Assembly: GCA_029210545.1 (NCBI GenBank)
Contig: JARGFV010000001.1
Span: 3,500 to 67,499 of the forward strand
DNA length: 64,000 bases
DNA from: a bacterium
GTDB lineage: Bacteria; BMS3Abin14
Direction: 5' to 3'
The position numbers and the translations under genes are program-made. This document shows positions 59,563 through 64,000 of the stretch, piece by piece (position 1 is the first letter of the stretch; every line of letters starts with the position of its first letter). Below the pieces are notes generated by a model that was not told the origin of the DNA, ran no database searches, and was given only the letters and a program-made list of their open reading frames with translations.

Positions 59563-59722
59563 GTCGGAGAACCTCATACAGACTCCTAGCTGGAGTTTAT
59601 CGGAAAATGGCATGTTTAAAAAAACCAAGCAATTCGGATAGTTACAACCGACTTTAATAAAAAGAATCATCTTCCGACAAACATATCTAGCAGCGTATCG
59701 GGGTTTTCCGACACGCTGCTAG
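59563..59722 (+). repeat. Family-2 MITE-like element, copy c
   Basis: CTAGGAGTCTGTCGGAGAACCTCATACAGACTCCTAG ... CAGCGTATCGGGGTTTTCCGACACGCTGCTAG. Confidence 0.75.
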
Positions 59723-59932
59723 GGTGTCATTCAAATCATATAGTAACGTTAAATATCCTTCCTGTGTCCGATCCAGAGAACCACTACCTCAGCCTTTCCC
59801 TGACCCCACAGTCTACCCGACGTACAGTTTTTCCCTTGCATGGATTCCCCTAAAAAGAGGTTGGACCGCGACTTGCAAACTCAGGGGTGAAATCAGTGAT
59901 TTGCGACGGTTCGAATTCGAAAAAAGGAGGAA

Positions 59933-61228
59933 GTGATGAAAAAAGTAATAATGTTTTCGACACTCGTGATCCTTGTGCTGATCTACCGGCCAGCCGGAGC
60001 GGGATGGCTTGGCGACACACTGAACAGCGCAATAAAGGGGGCTGGAAAGGACATCGTTTACGATGCGGTGGATTCCGCTTCCGGCAGCGCTTATCGGAAG
60101 GTGAAGAATAACCTTGCGGGGGAAGCGTCCGGAAACCCGGACACCGCTGTCCGGCCCGACGCGGAGGCGGCTGCCGGGGTACCGGCTTTCAATTCGCCCG
60201 AAGGCACCATTCGGGGAGAGGAAAGGTACAGCCGGTTCGATTTCATCCCGGGATCCAAGGTCCTTTTCTTTGACGATTTTTCCGACACTGAGGTGGGCGG
60301 GTTCCCCATGCGATGGACCCTCGAAGGGCCAAACGGCGGGGGCAACACCCTGGATGTGATCTCCTGGGCCGGGAGCCATTATTTCCGGAGTCGACCAGCG
60401 GGAGAGGGAAACGGCCAAAGTTGCACCGGTTCCTATCTGCGGTTGAAAGGTCTGAAAGATCTTCCCCAGCGGTTCACAATCGAGTTCGACGCCATCCTTG
60501 CCGGAGAACAAACGAGTTGGGAGAAAGCCTATGGGATTCTGCTGCTCAGCGACGTATACGATCCCCATGACTCTCCAAACCCTGTTTTCCCGGGGAATTC
60601 CGGAACATTCTATTTTTCGGACATATTTGCACGATCCGCTCACTCTGAATCCGAATTCCTCATCCAGGACCAACTGCCCCACCACATCGCGATTACTGTT
60701 GATGGCACGGCGGCCAAGGCCTACGTCGACGGCGACCTGGTGATTAACGACCCTGAAGCGGTCAACCGTCCTATTAGCCTGGTAGGCATGTATTGGGAGA
60801 TTTCGTTGGAGCACAGCGTGGATTGGTTCATGTTTACAAATTTTCGTCTGGCGGAAGGAGGAAAGGAATTCGGGCAGGTGTTGGAAACCGACGGGAGATT
60901 TATCGCTCCGGGCATCCGTTTCGACACGGGATCAGCGATCCTCCTTCCTGAATCCCTCCCCACCCTTCGTTCCATTCAGGCCCTGCTCCAGGAGCAGCCG
61001 TCACTTCCCTTCCTCATTGAGGGGCACACGGACAACCAGGGCGGAGACCAGGTCAACGAGCCTCTCTCGCAGGAGCGGGCGGAGGCGGTGCGGGATTGGC
61101 TCATGGTCCAGGGGATCGAGCCGAATCGCCTGGTTGCGAGGGGTTTCGGGTCACGCAGGCCGCGCAGCACCAACGACAACCCGGAAGGACGCAGCCTCAA
61201 CCGCCGGGTGGAATTCGTCCGGCAATAG
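59933..61228 (+). CDS. OmpA-family protein (signal peptide, middle beta-rich domain, C-terminal OmpA-like peptidoglycan-binding domain)
   Basis: C-terminal motifs FDTGSAIL, EGHTDNQG, RRVEF. RBS AGGAGG upstream. Confidence 0.8.
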   Translation: MMKKVIMFSTLVILVLIYRPAGAGWLGDTLNSAIKGAGKDIVYDAVDSASGSAYRKVKNNLAGEASGNPDTAVRPDAEAAAGVPAFNSPEGTIRGEERYSRFDFIPGSKVLFFDDFSDTEVGGFPMRWTLEGPNGGGNTLDVISWAGSHYFRSRPAGEGNGQSCTGSYLRLKGLKDLPQRFTIEFDAILAGEQTSWEKAYGILLLSDVYDPHDSPNPVFPGNSGTFYFSDIFARSAHSESEFLIQDQLPHHIAITVDGTAAKAYVDGDLVINDPEAVNRPISLVGMYWEISLEHSVDWFMFTNFRLAEGGKEFGQVLETDGRFIAPGIRFDTGSAILLPESLPTLRSIQALLQEQPSLPFLIEGHTDNQGGDQVNEPLSQERAEAVRDWLMVQGIEPNRLVARGFGSRRPRSTNDNPEGRSLNRRVEFVRQ

Positions 61229-61257
61229 GCCAGCCGGAGCATGGCGCCGGTCTAGTT

Positions 61258-61325
61258 TGTCATGCACCTGGCCAAAAAGATGGGGATCGGGGACGGGGCA
61301 CTTCTTAAATATACATCCGGGCTTG
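61258..61325 (+). pseudogene. Remnant of a second Memo-family gene (~68 nt)
   Basis: tgtcatgcacctggccaaaaagatggggatcggggacggggcacttcttaaatatacatccgg parallels 58444-58510 of the Memo gene, encoding VMHLAKKMGIGDGALLKYTSG against VMHLAEKMGIEGGTLLRYSNSG. Confidence 0.55.
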
Positions 61326-61378
61326 ACGCGGCCGTTGGAGGGGGGTCCGGAATGACGGCTTTTCTCATCTTCCCCTCT

Positions 61379-62431
61379 TTACCGCCTCGGCATCGAATAC
61401 CACGTCCCCTTGCCGGTGCCGTGCTGTTCCAGACGGCCCTGTTTCGCCAGGCGTCGGAAGTGTACCTTGAGCGTGTTACGGTTCGCCCCGGTCACGGTGA
61501 CAGCCTCGGCCATCGTCAGCCTCCCCCGCTCCCTGATTACCTGAATAATCCGGGAGGACAGGGCCGGAATCCTGTCCAGTTCCTTTTCACGATTCAGCTT
61601 TCTCGCCAGGTTATCCTTTTGCGCCTTGAGCGCTTTCAGGAAGAAAAGGATCCAGTTGTCCAGGTTCTCATCCCCGGTCCTGATCCCCGACTGGGACGAC
61701 CTGAGCGCCCTATAGTACTCGTCCTTGTTCTCTTCCACCACACGCTCAAGGGAGCTGTAGGGGACATAACCGTACCCGTTCCTGAGCAGCAAGAGTGTGG
61801 TCAGGATGCGGGAAAGGCGCCCGTTGCCGTCTTGAAAAGGGTGAATAGCCAGGAAGTGGATAACGAAGGCGGCGATGACGAGCAGGGGATGAAGGTCATC
61901 CTGATCAAAAGCCTGGTTGACGCTCTCAACCAACCGGCCCATCAACCCGGGAGTATCGAACGGCGTGGCGGTTTCAAACACAACCCCCAGGCTGTTCCCT
62001 TCCTTGTCGAAGGCTTCCACATGATTGGGATGTTTCTTGTACTCACCCCTGTGCGGCGCGTCGCGGACGCTGTAGCGAAGCCCGATCCCGTGGAGTTGCC
62101 TGATGTGATTCTCGTCCAGTGGAATGTGCTCCCATGAGTCGAACACGGTGTTCATGGCCTCGGCGTATCCGGCAACTTCTTCCTCGTCCCGGGACCTGAA
62201 GGAGATGGTGTCAAGACCGCTCAGGAGAGACTCGACCTGCGCATCCGTGAGCCTGGCCCCCTCGATCCGTGTGGATGAACCGACAGACTCGATAAAGGCG
62301 ACCCGGCGCAGTCCAGCCACAGCGTCTGGCGGGAGGTGCTCGAGCATGATCCACCGCCCCTTGAACTCGTCGATCCCGGCGATAAGCTTGAGGATCTCCG
62401 GGGTGATTTTGAAGACATGGTCATGGATCAT
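61379..62431 (-). CDS. Fic-family protein (AMPylator fold) with a C-terminal winged-helix domain
   Basis: Fic motif HPFQDGNGRLSR. N-terminal Fic_N-like region. Confidence 0.85.
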   Translation of the reverse strand: MIHDHVFKITPEILKLIAGIDEFKGRWIMLEHLPPDAVAGLRRVAFIESVGSSTRIEGARLTDAQVESLLSGLDTISFRSRDEEEVAGYAEAMNTVFDSWEHIPLDENHIRQLHGIGLRYSVRDAPHRGEYKKHPNHVEAFDKEGNSLGVVFETATPFDTPGLMGRLVESVNQAFDQDDLHPLLVIAAFVIHFLAIHPFQDGNGRLSRILTTLLLLRNGYGYVPYSSLERVVEENKDEYYRALRSSQSGIRTGDENLDNWILFFLKALKAQKDNLARKLNREKELDRIPALSSRIIQVIRERGRLTMAEAVTVTGANRNTLKVHFRRLAKQGRLEQHGTGKGTWYSMPRR

Positions 62432-62699
62432 GTCAGGACCTCCTCACCCACAACAATACCCAAAAACACCCAGTTGTCAAGGGCAACGACACCCATATAT
62501 ACACCCGTAATCACCCTAAAAGCACATTGGCATGCACGAAGCGCCCTTCGTCAAGCCTTCCTGTCGCGGCATAGTCACGCCTTTTGCGTGACGAAGACGG
62601 ATGGCGTAATCGAAGGACGTACCTTGGGTTAATCCTTTTCTCCTGGATTCCCGCTTTCGCGGGAATGACGAAAACTTCCCCCCAGCTTTCGTTTTCACT

Positions 62700-63200
62700 T
62701 TGCGAAACTTTGCGTACTTTGCGGTGAGTCCGCTTTTGGTCTTCCCTGCGTCTCTGCGTGAGCCCGCTTTTGCCGCTTAGAAACCGCGCCTTCCCCCAGA
62801 TTAAAGTCTTCCTCTGTGTCCTCTGTGCCTGGTGGTGAAAGCCCTTCAGGTTTTAGCGGCACACGCCTGCGCCTACCCCCGGATTCAGCCTTTCTCAGCG
62901 TTCTCTGCGCACTCTCCGGTAAAATTTAGGCTCTTACGCCAAACGGCCTGAGATTGCTTCGCTTGCTAATAGCTCGCAATGACAGTCGTTTTTCTCTGCG
63001 TTCCCTGCTTGTCCGCCATAGCCTCCGGCGACGGCGGACGGTAATCAGCTCTCACCGCTTTTTCAGGACCCGCGTTTCCCGGGATCGCTTCACCTGATTT
63101 GCAGTTCGCGATGACAGCGTTTAAACCATGCCCCCCGGCTTTTGGTTTCCCCTGTGTAACCCTGCCTGCCACGTCGTAGATTTATGCGAAGACGGGTGGT
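62700..63200. repeat. Degenerate tandem array (~130-145 bp units) in a long noncoding tract
   Basis: Recurring TCGCRATGACAGYG (62977, 63107), ttctctgcg, and cgctttt blocks. Not exact repeats. Confidence 0.4.
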
Positions 63201-63297
63201 GCAGCCTGGGATTGGCTGTGCTGTGGTAAGTTAGCTTTTGATCTTCCCCCTCACCCCGACCCTCTCCCGCGGCGGGGAGAGGGAGAGAAAGGTGCCT

Positions 63298-63981
63298 TCA
63301 GCGGCCCTTACCTATTGATAGGCCCGCCGCGATGGCCACCGAGAGCAACAAGCAGTACCGGATCGGGGCGTACAACCCGATGGCAAGGGGCAGCACCAGT
63401 CCGCACACAACCGTCCCGAGAGCGGCTCCGAGAAGGTCCACGCCGTAGGCGGCCCCGCCCGGATATTTCACCCCGGCGGACTCCAGCAGGGCGCTGCCCG
63501 CTCCGAAGCTCATGCCCGTCAGCAAGCCGGCCCCGGTCATGAGGAGAAGGTAAAGAAGGAGGCCGGCCCATTCCTGGAGCACCCAACCAGGATCGATCCA
63601 CACCGTGACCGTCACGAGCAGGAAGTATCCTGTCCACAGCCACGCCGTTCGAGAGGGCTGAGCGTCCCGGACCATGGCCCCGAGTGCCATTCCCACCATA
63701 AAAAAGGCTAGCAGCAGAGCCATGCGGGAGTAGAGGTAGCCGAAACCCGTCTGGTACAGGTACATGAGCGCCGTTTCCGCCGCGATCCCCGAAAATCCTC
63801 CCAGGAAGAGGACCAACAATCCCCTCGTGGTCTCACTCCTCATAGTCCCGGCGCCAAAACCACCAAAGATCACCATCACAAGAACAGCTACAAACAGGTA
63901 CCACGCAACACCGTTTCCGATGGCTGACAGAAGCCCGGCGTCGGCGGTGCGGCCTCTCCACAGGGTGAGACGGTATCCCAC
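63298..63981 (-). CDS. Polytopic membrane protein, possibly 5'-partial at the window edge
   Basis: Six or more TM helices. The ORF reaches to within 19 nt of the window end. Confidence 0.4.
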   Translation of the reverse strand: MGYRLTLWRGRTADAGLLSAIGNGVAWYLFVAVLVMVIFGGFGAGTMRSETTRGLLVLFLGGFSGIAAETALMYLYQTGFGYLYSRMALLLAFFMVGMALGAMVRDAQPSRTAWLWTGYFLLVTVTVWIDPGWVLQEWAGLLLYLLLMTGAGLLTGMSFGAGSALLESAGVKYPGGAAYGVDLLGAALGTVVCGLVLPLAIGLYAPIRYCLLLSVAIAAGLSIGKGR

Positions 63982-64000
63982 GGCCGAGGGGACGAGATCG

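Noticed and set aside
59443-59670. 75-aa ORF spanning the family-2 MITE at 59563
   Set aside because: The ORF is generated by the MITE hairpin ATG (MRFSDRLLG). It has no conserved protein features, so it is considered a by-product of the repeat rather than a gene.
62700-63200. CRISPR array
   Set aside because: The repeat units are degenerate, of unequal length (~130-145 bp) and lack short exact direct repeats with unique spacers. No cas genes are present in the window.

Overview
This is a high-GC (~60%) bacterial chromosomal window. The gene content is consistent with a deltaproteobacterial (Desulfobacterota-like) lineage, but that lineage call is inference only.

Core and housekeeping features:
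- tRNA-Ala(GGC) with a near-consensus sigma70 promoter.
- serA (D-3-phosphoglycerate dehydrogenase).
- A complete mreB-mreC-mreD-mrdA-rodA cell-shape operon.
- ppiD, rlmD, a beta-carbonic anhydrase, a NUDIX CoA pyrophosphatase and an M23 peptidase.
- A polyamine operon (XRE-cupin regulator, speH, pdaD, speE, speB).

Signalling:
- A sigma54 GAF enhancer-binding protein and two sensor kinases, one of them paired with a solute-binding protein.
- Many c-di-GMP genes: a GGDEF protein, an HD-GYP protein, two PilZ proteins and a truncated PAS-GGDEF.

More unusual content:
- A complete AmmeMemoRadiSam system: a radical SAM enzyme next to a fused Memo-AMMECR1 gene, with an FMN-binding polyferredoxin immediately upstream.
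- A minus-strand cluster of a 624-aa hypothetical protein, a ParM-like actin-family ATPase and a 929-aa surface protein built of repeated chitobiase C-terminal-like modules plus a beta-propeller. A 725-aa paralog of that surface protein and a propeller-only lipoprotein lie elsewhere in the window.
- A secreted protein built of about nine tandem ~38-aa repeats.
- At least three families of dispersed intergenic repeats:
  - Family 1 is a ~160-200 bp MITE-like element with 14-bp terminal inverted repeats and five internal hairpins, in five copies.
  - Family 2 is a ~160-215 bp MITE-like element with 21-bp terminal inverted repeats. It has three copies, one carrying a nested family-1 copy and one inserted in-frame into a SAM-methyltransferase gene.
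  - Family 3 is a ~150-270 bp repeat in two inverted copies.
- One IS transposase, several long noncoding tracts, a short remnant of a second Memo gene, and a TGTAAAC heptamer array upstream of two genes.

No CRISPR array, rRNA or prophage was seen. All calls come from reading the sequence and ORF translations; no database search was run.
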